Below are positions 17,313 through 26,721 of a DNA stretch of 30,723 bases, piece after piece. The notes under the pieces are model-generated. The model saw only the letters and a list, made by a program, of their open reading frames with translations, did no database searches and was not told the DNA's origin. The translations under genes were made by a program, and so were the position numbers. Origin of the DNA: a virus (Duplodnaviria > Caudoviricetes); the IMG/VR virus record IMGVR_UViG_3300006641_001656, positions 1-30,723 of that record; one strand, given 5' to 3'. The first letter of the stretch is position 1; every line of letters begins with the position of its first letter.

Positions 17313-17703
17313 GTATTTCTTAAATATTGCCGCTGCTGTGTCTGAGCGTGCAACTTGTCCATCTCGCAATGTTGGGGCAGTGCTGGTGGACCCAGAGACT
17401 AAGGCTATTCTTTCAACGGGATATAATGGTGCCCCTCGCGGTATCGATCACTGCCCAGATCATGGCGCTGGTTCTTCTGAGTGTATCGCCATTCATGCTG
17501 AACTTAATTTGCTAACTAATGCTTGCTTTAATGGCGTCACCACGCGTGGTGCTACTCTCTATTTAACTTGTACTCCATGTATGCAATGTGCGCCGCATAT
17601 TCTGAATGCTGGTATCGCACGGGTCGTCTGCGCTGAACCATATCGCAATATGGACGGCTATAACTATTTATTCGATCATATCGATATGAGAATTGGGGCC
17701 TGA
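17293..17703 (+). CDS. dCMP deaminase
   Basis: RPTWDEYF, RATC...VGAVLV, TGYNG, HAE, PCMQC. Confidence 0.93.
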   Translation: MRPTWDEYFLNIAAAVSERATCPSRNVGAVLVDPETKAILSTGYNGAPRGIDHCPDHGAGSSECIAIHAELNLLTNACFNGVTTRGATLYLTCTPCMQCAPHILNAGIARVVCAEPYRNMDGYNYLFDHIDMRIGA

Positions 17704-17705
17704 CG

Positions 17706-20700
17706 TTGGATTTCGTGCATCTTCATGTACATAGCGAATACTCTCTCCTTGATGGGATGAGTCGCCCGTCAGAAATTGCAGAAATAGCCAAACGTAATAA
17801 TCAGTCGGCAGTCAGTATCACTGACCACGGCACTATGGCGGGAACCCTGCAATTTCAGCAGGCTTGCCAAAATGTTGGCGTAAAGCCAATTTTTGGTTGT
17901 GAGTTTTATTATGTGCCGTCACTTGCCTCGGATAGCGATGATAAGAAGGCAGAGCGCTTTCATCTCATCATGCATGCTAAAAATCAAGATGGCCTGCAGA
18001 AACTCTTCAAGCTCATGCAGAAATCTTGGGTAGATGGTTTTTATCACAAACCTCGCATTGAGTGGGATGATTTAGAATATCTTGCTGGAGATGTGACAGT
18101 ACTGTCCGGATGTATGGCATCGCACCTCAGCCGTCAAATCATGAATGGCGAAGAGGGCAAGGCTCAGCAAACAGCGGAGCGATTCTATGAGCGATTTAAG
18201 GACGACTACTACTTTGAGTTACAACCTTGGAATGAACCTAACTTAAATAAGACGTTGCTGTCTTTCAGTGACGCGATGGGCATCAAAGCAGTAGGCACTA
18301 TTGATTGCCACTATCCTACCTTAGCCGACCGTGGCATTGAAGAAGTACTCCTGTGCGTAGCTCAGATTCCGAGTATGAACGCAGCTGCAGATAGACACCT
18401 TAGAGAGCACGCTGACGCCGCTAAGAAAGAGCGGGACCTTGTGCGCCGTATGAATATGTTGTTCCCAGATAGGCGTCTTAGGTTCGATGATATTCATCCT
18501 TACCTCATGTCTAGTGAGGAAGTAACGAAGTACTTTGCAGAACACGGGTGGAGCCAGCCGTCCCTAATTGAGAACTCTCTTGAGGTGGCGGATAAGTGCA
18601 ACGCTGAAATTGTTACCAAGCGCAAGCTTCTGCCCTCGTATTCAAAGATTCTTAATAGCGATGATTATCTGTATGAAATTGCAGAGTGGGGCCTGCGTGA
18701 GAAAGGTCTGCGCGATACGCCCGGATATATGGAGCGGCTGGAAGAAGAGTTGGCCATTGTCAAGAAATTGGACTTCTCAGACTATTTCCTGATTATCTGG
18801 GATATTGTCAAATGGGCTGACTCTCAAGGCATTGCCAGAGGACCCGCTAGAGGCTCCGTAGGGGGCTCTATTTTGGCGTATGCGCTCGATATTACGAGCA
18901 TTGACCCCCTGACCCACAATTTGCTCTTTTTCCGGTTTATCAATGAGGAAAGAAACGATTATCCTGACATTGATTTGGACTTTGATGACAGGAAAAGGTA
19001 TCTTATTAAGGAATATATCAAAGAAAGATGGGGTAGGGAAAACGTAGCTTCTATCTCTACCTTCGGTGAGTTTAAGGCTAAGTCTATCATCAAGGACGTT
19101 AGCCGGGCATTCGGTGTCCCATATAACGAGGTCAATAAGATGACCCCGTTGTTTGAGACGCTGGAAGAGTTTCAGGATAAGTGTAAGAAGTATGTTGATG
19201 AGTACCCTGATGTGCTGACGATTGCTCGTCGCATTGAGGGTCGTATTCGTACTGCCGGTGCCCACGCTGCCGGTGTAGTGGTATCTAATATTCCTTTATG
19301 GCAAGTATGCCCCATTGAAACTAGGTCTGATCCCAGCGCCGATGGGCGCGTGGAGGTTATTGCCTATGACATGGTACAAGCGGAGCAACTCGGGCTAATT
19401 AAGTTTGATATTCTTGGCGTGAAGGCCGTTGCTGTTGTTGATGACGCTATTAAGGCAATTAAGAGTCGTCATGGCGTCGATGTAACGAAAGACTCCATGC
19501 TACTTGATGACCCAAGGGTCTACACTGAGATTCAGAGCGGTAATACCCTTGGAGTCTTTCAGGCCGAAGCATCTGCGTACACTCGTCTCTTGCTTGAGAT
19601 GGGCGTATCAGACTTCAATGACTTAGCCGTATCGAACGCTCTAGTTAGACCGGGTGCCATGCTCACTCAGGGAGAGCAATACATCGCCTGTAAATCTGGA
19701 AGTAGGCAGGTAGAATATCCACATCCAATGCTTGAGGATATTTTGCGTGAAACCTACGGTACGTTTATCTATCAAGAGCAACTCATGCAGACTGTTGTGG
19801 CTCTTGCGGGATTCTCGTGGTCTGAGGCCGATAAGCTGCGAAAGATTATTGGAAAGAAGCGGGACGGTAGGGAGTTCGATGTATACAAGGATAAGTTCGT
19901 AGAAAATGCATCACAGCATATCACCAAACAGGCAGCGGAGAAAATGTGGGATGACTTTGAGAAGTCATCGTTATACATGTTCAATAAGAGCCATGCGGTG
20001 GGGTATTCGGTACTGTCCTATCAGACCATGTGGTTAAAAATCAATTATCCGCTAGAATATATGTGGGCTCTTCTCGCTAACGAAAATGAGAAAGAGCGTA
20101 TCTCAACCTTGTTGCTGGAAGCTAACCGCCTAGGCATTGAGGTCAAAGGCCCTGACATTAATGAATCCGACAGCAGCTTCTCGTTAGAGGGCAACGCTAT
20201 TAGGTTTGGCTTGGGTAATGTGTTAGGGGTCGGAAAGGGTGCGTTGGATGAAATTATTCGCAACAGACCTTTTGGGTCATTCGATGAATTTAACGGAAAG
20301 TGTCGTCGGACTTTTGTTCGCTCCACAGTTGTCGAGAATCTTTCAAAGGTTGGAGCTTTCAAGAGTATCGGTCATAGCGGAGATTACGACGAGAAGCAAT
20401 ACTATCTGCCAATTCTGAACTATCCGATTTATGTCAATGAGGATACGACATTTAAGGACTTGTTGACTGACTGTATTGATGTTGATATTGATGTTAATGA
20501 CTATCATTTCATTCGAGGGCTGACTAAGAGCACTAAGCGCAAGCCGCACTATTTCAGGGTAGAGATTGAAGACTCAACTTCGTCGGTTACGGGCTTTGGT
20601 GACTTGGAGATGAATCTCAAAACCCGTGAGCATATCTATGCTCTTGTCGGAGATAAATCAATTATCGCCTACTGTCAGACTGACGAGCCTCAAAAATGGA

Positions 20701-21110
20701 TGGACGCAAGTCTTGATGACCTAATTTCAGGCAGCATGGCGAGCGACGAGAAATTCGCTATATTTCTTAATCTCTTATCTAGTGGCTCATTTGATACGCT
20801 GGCTGAAGAACTGCGACCACATGGCGTGGGCGACTTTGACTCCGAGAAAAGCTTGGGTATTGTAATGCGGTGCCGTATCTTCAATACTAAGACTGGTAAG
20901 CTCATGGCATCAATGTATATGTACGACCCGGTAAAGAATCGGATTTATAAGATTGTTATTTTCAACAGAACGCTACCGTCCGTAATCCATCTGGTGCGAC
21001 AGCAATTTAGTCCTCTGATTTACCGCAAGTCGGTCAAGAGTTCTGATATAATCTTTGAAGATGCGATTTCGCTGGAGAAATTCAGGGAAATCAAAGGTAT
21101 TACCAGTTAG
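17706..21110 (+). CDS. dnaE: DNA polymerase III alpha subunit (family C), no intein
   Basis: PHP motifs HLHVHSEYSLLDG and ITDHG, RGSVGGS, PDIDLDF, HAAGVV, KFDILG, FNKSHA, AIRFGL. Confidence 0.97.
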   Translation: MDFVHLHVHSEYSLLDGMSRPSEIAEIAKRNNQSAVSITDHGTMAGTLQFQQACQNVGVKPIFGCEFYYVPSLASDSDDKKAERFHLIMHAKNQDGLQKLFKLMQKSWVDGFYHKPRIEWDDLEYLAGDVTVLSGCMASHLSRQIMNGEEGKAQQTAERFYERFKDDYYFELQPWNEPNLNKTLLSFSDAMGIKAVGTIDCHYPTLADRGIEEVLLCVAQIPSMNAAADRHLREHADAAKKERDLVRRMNMLFPDRRLRFDDIHPYLMSSEEVTKYFAEHGWSQPSLIENSLEVADKCNAEIVTKRKLLPSYSKILNSDDYLYEIAEWGLREKGLRDTPGYMERLEEELAIVKKLDFSDYFLIIWDIVKWADSQGIARGPARGSVGGSILAYALDITSIDPLTHNLLFFRFINEERNDYPDIDLDFDDRKRYLIKEYIKERWGRENVASISTFGEFKAKSIIKDVSRAFGVPYNEVNKMTPLFETLEEFQDKCKKYVDEYPDVLTIARRIEGRIRTAGAHAAGVVVSNIPLWQVCPIETRSDPSADGRVEVIAYDMVQAEQLGLIKFDILGVKAVAVVDDAIKAIKSRHGVDVTKDSMLLDDPRVYTEIQSGNTLGVFQAEASAYTRLLLEMGVSDFNDLAVSNALVRPGAMLTQGEQYIACKSGSRQVEYPHPMLEDILRETYGTFIYQEQLMQTVVALAGFSWSEADKLRKIIGKKRDGREFDVYKDKFVENASQHITKQAAEKMWDDFEKSSLYMFNKSHAVGYSVLSYQTMWLKINYPLEYMWALLANENEKERISTLLLEANRLGIEVKGPDINESDSSFSLEGNAIRFGLGNVLGVGKGALDEIIRNRPFGSFDEFNGKCRRTFVRSTVVENLSKVGAFKSIGHSGDYDEKQYYLPILNYPIYVNEDTTFKDLLTDCIDVDIDVNDYHFIRGLTKSTKRKPHYFRVEIEDSTSSVTGFGDLEMNLKTREHIYALVGDKSIIAYCQTDEPQKWMDASLDDLISGSMASDEKFAIFLNLLSSGSFDTLAEELRPHGVGDFDSEKSLGIVMRCRIFNTKTGKLMASMYMYDPVKNRIYKIVIFNRTLPSVIHLVRQQFSPLIYRKSVKSSDIIFEDAISLEKFREIKGITS

Positions 21111-21153
21111 GCATCTGGTATAAAAATGCCATATTTTAAAATAGGAGAAAAAC

Positions 21154-22107
21154 ATGTTGAGAATTAATCGCGGTGAGCGCATGCCGCAGCATGATGTAAT
21201 TCCCACGCCTTCGACTGGTTTAAATCATGTCCTTGGCGGTGGTCTTTGGACTGGTAGATTCAGTCTCGTTTGGGGTACGCCTTCTGCTGGTAAGACAACG
21301 ATGCTTCTGCATCTTCTTGCCGAAGCGCAGAAGAAGGGCTACACGGCAGTTATTGTAGATACCGAAGGTTCTATTACTGATAACTGGGCTGAGAAGTGTG
21401 GCTTAGATTTGGATAACCGCATTCTGCTCCAGAGTAGAATTGCTGAAGATATCCTTAAGCATATTATTCCGCTGATGCAGGAAAAGGATGAGAAGTATGT
21501 ATTTCTCATCGATAGTATCAATGGTATAGCCTCAGAGTCCTTCTATAAGGACGCAGAAGGAAGCGGCGGTATTGCGTCGCAGTCGCGTTCGCGTCGTCTT
21601 ATGTACCAAAAGATGGCTCAGTATTTAAATGTTAATAATGCTGTCATTATGGTAGCCCAGCAGACTATGGACCTTAGTGGCAATCACCCTCGTCTCATGG
21701 CTAAGGTTGGCAACGCTGAGTTGCATTGGACTACGAATATTGTGAATCTCTTTGCTTCCGCTGCGAAGGATTCGCTGGAGCGGGCGGGCGATTCAGATTT
21801 GATTGTGAATCGTCAAGTAAGGTGGACGATTGAGAAGTCCAAGCAAGCACCTGTAGAGGGAACTAGAGGCTCTTATTGGTTCTCCCCTCAGGATGCTCAG
21901 ATTGATACGAAAATGGAGTTGATTGACCTTGCAGTTATTAATGGAGTGGTTGAGAAGCGTGGTGCTTGGTTTTATTTTGGTGACAATAAGTATCATGGCT
22001 TACGAAGCTTAGTTGATGCAGCTGACGACGCCCTCATGGAGCAGATTCAGGCAGCATTAGATACAATGCAAATTATCACTGATGACGGTGAAGAGCTTGC
22101 CTCGTAA
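21154..22107 (+). CDS. recA: RecA/UvsX-like recombinase
   Basis: Walker A GTPSAGKTT, VDTE, Walker B LIDS, and RecA C-terminal domain IDLAVINGVVEKRGAWFYFG. SD AGGAG. Confidence 0.92.
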   Translation: MLRINRGERMPQHDVIPTPSTGLNHVLGGGLWTGRFSLVWGTPSAGKTTMLLHLLAEAQKKGYTAVIVDTEGSITDNWAEKCGLDLDNRILLQSRIAEDILKHIIPLMQEKDEKYVFLIDSINGIASESFYKDAEGSGGIASQSRSRRLMYQKMAQYLNVNNAVIMVAQQTMDLSGNHPRLMAKVGNAELHWTTNIVNLFASAAKDSLERAGDSDLIVNRQVRWTIEKSKQAPVEGTRGSYWFSPQDAQIDTKMELIDLAVINGVVEKRGAWFYFGDNKYHGLRSLVDAADDALMEQIQAALDTMQIITDDGEELAS

Positions 22108-22399
22108 GAATGATAAGCGCGAAGCTAAGGAAGCTAAGAAAGATGGGGCTTCATTAGTAGCTAATTCAGGAAGAGGAAAAGATAAAGGTGACGCTAAGCT
22201 GCCCGGTTATCTGCTAGACTACAAGCATAACGAGAAAACTTTTACCATCACAGCAGAGAATTGGGCCAAGCACCGTAGAGATGCTTGGAAGGATAACTAC
22301 AGAGAGCCAATCATTTCTGTGGTCTTTGGCGATGGAACCAAACTTGCAATTATTGATTGGAATATTTTTATGGATCTAACAGGAGAAGAAAATGACTGA
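22082..22399 (+). CDS. Small PD-(D/E)xK nuclease, Holliday-junction-resolvase-like
   Basis: E...NSGRG..KGDA....LLDYK pattern, directly after recA. Confidence 0.6.
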   Translation: MTVKSLPRKNDKREAKEAKKDGASLVANSGRGKDKGDAKLPGYLLDYKHNEKTFTITAENWAKHRRDAWKDNYREPIISVVFGDGTKLAIIDWNIFMDLTGEEND

Positions 22400-22730
22400 A
22401 CATGTAAGTATGACTGTAGAGCAACTGCGTGAAAGTCTCGGTGAAGACGCCGAGGAGTTCATTGAGGTGATGAGTGTGGTGCAGGATATTATCGACAATC
22501 CAGACTCATATCATTCAGCTAAAGCCGTTAAGTATGCTAATATCCTTGCTGCGTATCGCTATAAAGTAGGCATCAAAGCTCAGCACTATAAGACTTCGGG
22601 CAACAGCAGTATTATTAACAGGAGACGTAAGGACGTATTTCAGACGATGTATCACGCTCTGGAAGAGAATATCAATACCCTGAAGTTGTTAGGTCGTATT
22701 GACGCTGTTTCTGCTGGGATTCTTCGATGA
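22392..22730 (+). CDS. Hypothetical helical protein in recombination cluster
   Basis: SD AGGAG, coupled to both neighbours. No catalytic motif recognised. Confidence 0.6.
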   Translation: MTEHVSMTVEQLRESLGEDAEEFIEVMSVVQDIIDNPDSYHSAKAVKYANILAAYRYKVGIKAQHYKTSGNSSIINRRRKDVFQTMYHALEENINTLKLLGRIDAVSAGILR

Positions 22731-23476
22731 AAAAACTTGTTGATTTAATGTCTATTGCTCCGGTTAAGCCGGTCAAGGAAATTGTACCAATTCAGCCTAT
22801 TGATATGGAAGAAGCCTTATCGGAGGCTATCGATAGGTCTATTAAGGACAAGCACATCGTTGAGCGCACCAGAAAGATTGGTGGGTTTCATCCGAGCACC
22901 ACAAATGAATGCGGGCGCTATGCCGTATACCTTTTTCGGGGCGTAACCTATCAACCCAAATATGATGCCAGAACGCAGCGTATTTTTGATAATGGCCACG
23001 CAACGCACGATCGCATCTATAAGTATCTAGACGAGATGGGTATTCTGCTGGAGTGCGAGATTCCGGTGGCCTATGATAATCCGCCCATTGAGGGCACTGC
23101 CGATGGCATCATTGAGTGGGACGGGCGCAAGCTGATTGAGCTAAAGTCAATCGCTGACCAAGGCTTTATGCTTAGAAAAGCCCACCATAAGCCCAAGGAT
23201 GACCACTACCGTCAGGCTCAAATTTACATGAGATGCCTAGACCTTGACGGCGGGTTCGTAATCTACGAAAACAAGAATAACCAAGAAATTCTTCCCATCT
23301 ATGTAGAGCGTAACGACGACTTTGTGGATAAACTCTTCAAGAAGTATGCTAAGATATATAGCATATACAAGGAGGGTAACCTTCCAAAGCGTCCCTATAA
23401 GCAGATTACCTCTACGACCTGTCGTATGTGTGATTTAGCAGAGATGTGCTGGTCGGATAAGGAAGATGGAATATGA
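22727..23476 (+). CDS. Cas4-like PD-(D/E)xK exonuclease (solo, predicted Fe-S staple)
   Basis: FHPS...C, G...H, GTADG..LIELKS, QAQIY, C-terminal CRMC.....C. Confidence 0.88.
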   Translation: MKKLVDLMSIAPVKPVKEIVPIQPIDMEEALSEAIDRSIKDKHIVERTRKIGGFHPSTTNECGRYAVYLFRGVTYQPKYDARTQRIFDNGHATHDRIYKYLDEMGILLECEIPVAYDNPPIEGTADGIIEWDGRKLIELKSIADQGFMLRKAHHKPKDDHYRQAQIYMRCLDLDGGFVIYENKNNQEILPIYVERNDDFVDKLFKKYAKIYSIYKEGNLPKRPYKQITSTTCRMCDLAEMCWSDKEDGI

Positions 23477-23777
23477 CAATAGACAGTGCGATGAGTGCGG
23501 TGCGATTTTCCAGCCCAAAGCGCACAATGGGAAATACTGCTCAATAGGGTGCCGCAAGGTAGCCACCAATAAAAAAGTTCTAGATAGGTATTATGAGAAC
23601 AAAGATAGACTATCTGGAAAGAGTAGCAAAACGTGCCGCAGGCGTGGCTGTAAGACCATACTGAGTAGATACAATAAAGAAGATATATGCGAAGCTCATA
23701 AGATAGATCGCTTTGTAAAAAGACTTGGACGATGGGGATGGGATGAAGAACAGCTCCGTAAGGAGTATGACCTATGA
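23466..23777 (+). CDS. Zinc-finger protein (two predicted Zn sites)
   Basis: CDEC...YCSIGC and CRRRGC...ICEAH. Confidence 0.7.
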   Translation: MEYDNRQCDECGAIFQPKAHNGKYCSIGCRKVATNKKVLDRYYENKDRLSGKSSKTCRRRGCKTILSRYNKEDICEAHKIDRFVKRLGRWGWDEEQLRKEYDL

Positions 23778-24337
23778 GCCTTGCAGACAAGATACACTCC
23801 GGTACAGTATTAGCGATTGACCCATCCACTAAATCACTTGCCTTTGCTGTTGTTTCGCGCAGCGGAAGTCAAGTCAAACTCAAGGCTAAAGGAAAGATTA
23901 ATTTTTCTGGTTTAGATGATGTAATGTCTAAGCTTGGTTTACTTAATGTTATAGTGCCCGAACTTATCTCTTATCATAAGCCCGATATGGTCATTATTGA
24001 GCAAACAATTTATATTCAGAATCCGCAAACAAGTCGTTTATTATCATATGTGGTTGGACATATGCTTGGTTTGGCGCTTAACAGCGGGGTAAAAGTAAAA
24101 GACGTTGGACCTCTTGAGTGGAAGAGATGGCTTGGATATAAGAGTGTATCTAAGGCAGAAATCGCAGAGTGGTCAAAGGAATTTGGTGAGAAGGAAGCAA
24201 AGAAGATGGCTTCTTTTGAGCGCAAAAATAGAGTAAAAACAATCCTGCAGGATAAAATTAAAGAGTTAAATGAAGATGACTACGATATTATTGACGCAAT
24301 AGCTATTGCCTGCTGGGGTGTTTATACTCAATACTAG
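23774..24337 (+). CDS. ruvC: RuvC-like Holliday junction resolvase
   Basis: VLAIDPS, VIIEQ, WK, DIIDAIAIA. Confidence 0.88.
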   Translation: MSLADKIHSGTVLAIDPSTKSLAFAVVSRSGSQVKLKAKGKINFSGLDDVMSKLGLLNVIVPELISYHKPDMVIIEQTIYIQNPQTSRLLSYVVGHMLGLALNSGVKVKDVGPLEWKRWLGYKSVSKAEIAEWSKEFGEKEAKKMASFERKNRVKTILQDKIKELNEDDYDIIDAIAIACWGVYTQY

Positions 24338-24345
24338 GAGTATAC

Positions 24346-24642
24346 ATGGAACCATATAAAGATAAACAGTGGTTATATCAACACTATGTACAGAAACGGA
24401 TGAATCTCAAGGATATTCAAAAAATCCTTAAAGATAATTATAATGTTTCCGTTACGGTGCAGGCCATATATAACTGGGTAGATCGTTATGATTTACTTAA
24501 GTATAGGGGCAAGGGTAGAAACTTAAAGAAGAAAGCAGTAGGAGGGAAGCCTGTAGCAAAGTCTCCAATGCAACTTCGTATCGAAGCCATTAAACGAGAG
24601 CAACGCAAAAGAAGTCAGGCGAAAAAACGTGGGCAACGTTAA
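24346..24642 (+). CDS. Basic HTH DNA-binding protein
   Basis: YKDKQWLYQHYV...I...VTVQAIYNWV is HTH-like. K/R-rich tail. SD AGGAG. Confidence 0.7.
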   Translation: MEPYKDKQWLYQHYVQKRMNLKDIQKILKDNYNVSVTVQAIYNWVDRYDLLKYRGKGRNLKKKAVGGKPVAKSPMQLRIEAIKREQRKRSQAKKRGQR

Positions 24643-25342
24643 TTTTACAGTAAAAGATTTATCTCTCTTCTCGGAGCTGGATATGATTTACAATCATATG
24701 CGGCATCTGCAGGCCAATCATGACCACCTTAGAACCGGCTGCAAAGGGTCTGGGAAGTGCTGCAAGGTCGGCTTGCAGCTTCCGATGTTAGAATGTGCCA
24801 ATATCGCTTTTCACCTTAAGCGTGAGTTTTATCTTAAAATGGAGCGCTACGGCATTGAAGAAGGCGAGAAGTGGTTCCAGAGTATTATCGATGGTTTGGT
24901 AGAAAAGATGTATGATAAGTCATGGCAGCCTGATGGTGGCTATGACGGTCATTGTGTTTTCTATAAAGATGGTTGCACTATCTATGAATATAGGCCATTG
25001 GTATGTCGTGCATACGGCACTATTGTAGCCGTTGATGATTTTTGTCCCCGAGATAGGCTTGAGGACGGCGGGATCGATATCTTCAGCGGCCCTGATGTCT
25101 CTAAGCTTATCAAGAATTTTGATAGCATTGTAAGACGTTATAATCTCAAACATAAGGATAGTAGTTATGTAGTTTATATGCCCTTAGGCATTCTCTATTT
25201 CTTGCTACCTCGCGAGGGGATTGCTAAGTTGCTGGAGGACACCGACCCTAAATTCTGGTCTTATCACAAAATTTACAAGACGTATTTCATGGAGCGGTAT
25301 CTCGACACCCGGGGGCAGAAAAAAAATTCCGATTCTGCTTGA
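24629..25342 (+). CDS. YkgJ-family cysteine-cluster (Zn/Fe-S) protein
   Basis: CKGSGKCC ... CVF...GCTIYEYRPLVCRAYG...FCP. Confidence 0.8.
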   Translation: MGNVNFTVKDLSLFSELDMIYNHMRHLQANHDHLRTGCKGSGKCCKVGLQLPMLECANIAFHLKREFYLKMERYGIEEGEKWFQSIIDGLVEKMYDKSWQPDGGYDGHCVFYKDGCTIYEYRPLVCRAYGTIVAVDDFCPRDRLEDGGIDIFSGPDVSKLIKNFDSIVRRYNLKHKDSSYVVYMPLGILYFLLPREGIAKLLEDTDPKFWSYHKIYKTYFMERYLDTRGQKKNSDSA

Positions 25343-25367
25343 CCGGCCCGTCACCTCTTGATACGAT
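25339..25367 (+). promoter_or_regulatory. Sigma70/HrdB-type promoter
   Basis: TTGACC (25339-44)-N17-TACGAT (25362-67) with extended TGn and an upstream A-tract. SD AAAGGAG downstream. Confidence 0.7.
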
Positions 25368-25402
25368 GCTTCTGCTTCGGCAAAAACATCAAAGGAGAAG
25401 TA

Positions 25403-26371
25403 ATGACTACGTTACTGGAATATCTCTCTGACAGAGATAGTAAGACTACGCATAATCGTTTTATGCTCAATGAGATGACCTATGAGAATGGTAATGTCAT
25501 CTACAATGATGAAAAGTACAATCTTAGTGAGAATGCCACCGAGCAGCTTTGTGATTTACTGAATGTTCCCAAGGCATACGCAGAGCGTTGCCCGCAGGAG
25601 TTGCGAGACTTAACCTTTAACTACTGGCTTAACCTCAGAAGTGAAATGATGTGGGCTGGTTTATTCGAGGGCAATACGGTTCGTTCGTTTATGAATCCCT
25701 CATACACTTACGTACCAGCAGTGCAGGTATTTGAGGCAGTCGAGTCCTGTGTTCAGGATACAATGGAGATCGCTAACTGGAGTATCTCTGGTGATACTCT
25801 TGAGTATGTAGGCTTCTCACCTAGCTATGATACTCATATTGTAGACTCTCCTGTTCGGGCTGGTCTGCGAGTGCTGTACTCAGATGCTTGGTCGGCTTTT
25901 CCAAGATTTGATAGCTACCTTTGCCGTATTGCTTGTATGAACTCAGCCATTACTCCGATTAGCAGCAAGAAGTTTCGGGTAAGCGGCAAGTCTTCCGGTG
26001 AACTTATTGAACAGTCTAAGGAATATGTGACTTCCGCTATTAGCCAGATCCAGCCTATGTTGGATGGCTTTGCAGAGCTGGCCGAGATTGAAGTGACGAA
26101 CTTCATTAGCCTTATCGGTCGCATCTGTGCGGAGAATAGCCTCCCCAAGAAGCTTAAGAATCTCATTATTGAGTCGGTGGACAATCAACAATTTAAGTCT
26201 ACCGTTTCAGGTGAAATGCGTACCATGTACGATGTAATTAACTTACTTACTTGGGTGGCATCACACGCCGATGTTACCGATGCTCACAGAGAACACCTCT
26301 TTGCTATTGCTGGTTCTGCGATGGTTAATAAGACTACTCGCTGTGAGTCTTGCGGTGGTTCCGTAGAGTAA
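25403..26371 (+). CDS. DUF932-like protein
   Basis: ATG 25403 follows AAAGGAG. Motifs QLCDLLNVP..Y, VRSFMNPSY, RIACMN (RxxCxN) and TMYDVINLLTW match my recollection of DUF932. Confidence 0.6.
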   Translation: MTTLLEYLSDRDSKTTHNRFMLNEMTYENGNVIYNDEKYNLSENATEQLCDLLNVPKAYAERCPQELRDLTFNYWLNLRSEMMWAGLFEGNTVRSFMNPSYTYVPAVQVFEAVESCVQDTMEIANWSISGDTLEYVGFSPSYDTHIVDSPVRAGLRVLYSDAWSAFPRFDSYLCRIACMNSAITPISSKKFRVSGKSSGELIEQSKEYVTSAISQIQPMLDGFAELAEIEVTNFISLIGRICAENSLPKKLKNLIIESVDNQQFKSTVSGEMRTMYDVINLLTWVASHADVTDAHREHLFAIAGSAMVNKTTRCESCGGSVE

Positions 26372-26721
26372 TGGTAGCCATGCGTAAGCTTTATCTACCT
26401 CAGGCTAGAAAGCAGTCTTGGGAAGTTATGAAGTTTACGAACTATCCTGCGTGGGAGAGAGTCCAGCGTTTGCTGGACTCTCTCCAGCAGGAATTATTTG
26501 GTGATGAGTGCAGTCAGTCCTTCTACGACGACTTGATAAAGCTGCTTGATGGTGGTATTATTTATCCGCAAGTCAAGTTCGATCCGTTGACGCAGGATGC
26601 GGAAGTCAGGTTTTTAATGTGGGGATATATTTCACATAAATATCTGCCAATGGAAGATTTAACTGATGAGGAATTTGATATCGTTAGCGGTATCTTAGAA
26701 TATTTTGCGAGGACAAACTAA
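26371..26721 (+). CDS. Hypothetical protein
   Basis: TAATG coupling at both ends. Start is 26371 or 26380. Confidence 0.6.
   Translation: MVAMRKLYLPQARKQSWEVMKFTNYPAWERVQRLLDSLQQELFGDECSQSFYDDLIKLLDGGIIYPQVKFDPLTQDAEVRFLMWGYISHKYLPMEDLTDEEFDIVSGILEYFARTN

Noticed and set aside
17706-21110. Intein or intron in DnaE (also checked DnaB, RecA, TerL)
   Set aside because: Lengths are normal, motifs are contiguous, and there are no intein splice-junction signatures.
21111-21153. Short palindromes upstream of recA (GGCAT..ATGCC; TATTTTAAAATA) as an SOS box
   Set aside because: They are short and AT-rich, so expected by chance, and do not match the actinobacterial LexA box (CGAAC-N4-GTTCG).
22727-23476. 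Cas4 as part of a CRISPR-Cas system
   Set aside because: No repeat-spacer array or other cas genes are present. Solo Cas4-like nucleases are common in phage recombination modules.
25319-25327. A-homopolymer runs as programmed frameshift sites (also ~11103 and ~12303)
   Set aside because: The flanking genes have their own starts and the fusions give no coherent product. The 25319 run is better explained as an UP element.
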